A stretch of 63,938 nucleotides of DNA, filler included, from Octopus bimaculoides (lineage: Eukaryota), in NCBI RefSeq assembly GCF_001194135.2. It is 4 parts of 4 records of this genome, joined end to end, with 100 filler letters (N's around TTAATTAATTAA, not from the genome) between each part and the next. Parts side by side here need not be neighbours in the genome. Positions count along the whole stretch, not along the records: positions 62,691 to 63,938 come from NC_069007.1; 3 more parts are not named here. One strand, 5' to 3'. The number at the start of each line of letters is the position of its first letter. Within the stretch, counting starts at the first letter, position 1. The notes beneath the pieces are model-generated. The model had not been told where the DNA came from. It ran no database searches and was given only the letters and a program-made list of their open reading frames with translations. Made by a program: the position numbers and the translations under genes. Below, piece by piece: positions 63,817-63,938 of this stretch.

Positions 63817-63938
63817 TATCTGTAAAAAAATGTGACACTTATTCAGTAGCCATGATAAAACTCCGAGTTTCGGATGCCAGGGTGGGGGCCCACGTCAAAA
63901 TCTCTTCAGTTATCCGGCCAATTGAAAATTCCTGTGAA
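63817..63938 (-). repeat. Inverted repeat, right copy, with complete hammerhead-like motif
   Basis: See 62691; continues to the window edge. Confidence 0.9.
63849..63918 (-). ncRNA. Type I hammerhead-ribozyme-like motif
   Basis: Reverse complement GCC-G-GATAA-CTGAAGA-GAT(...GTGGG/CCCAC...)ATC-C-GAA-ACTC-G-GAGT-T-TTATC-AT-GGC: stem I 5+3 bp, intact core, stem II, 4-bp stem III with 1-nt loop, GUU triplet. An atypical extra C precedes GAAA. Confidence 0.6.

Noticed and set aside
62691-63938. Interpretation as a TIR DNA transposon/MITE
   Set aside because: Not excluded, but the left end is in a gap, no TSD is visible, and the repeats contain a hammerhead-type fold, which fits Penelope termini better.

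Overview
AT-rich, microsatellite-dense, heavily gapped eukaryotic scaffold DNA. The repeat repertoire and gap style suggest an octopus genome, probably Octopus bimaculoides (inference, not verified). I could not identify a host protein-coding gene; almost all long ORFs in the track are microsatellite or N-gap artefacts. The window is dominated by tRNA-derived SINEs. Family A has a Deu/Nin-like core and swappable tails. Family B has a CORE-like segment and an internal microsatellite. Families C and C2 share a 3' body. Also present are several Tc1/mariner remnants and MITEs, a hAT-like MITE, an RTE LINE fragment, two Penelope-like (RT + GIY-YIG) remnants, a head-to-tail array of R4/Dong-like LINE 3' ends, a 165-bp solo LTR with a 5-bp TSD, and a Gypsy RT fragment. 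The most notable observation is three unrelated repeat types carrying minimal, Penelope-style hammerhead-ribozyme-like folds. One of them is fused to a tRNA-like Pol III head, which suggests a ribozyme-tailed SINE. All element names come from motif recognition by eye; repeat boundaries are approximate unless a TSD or TIR is quoted.
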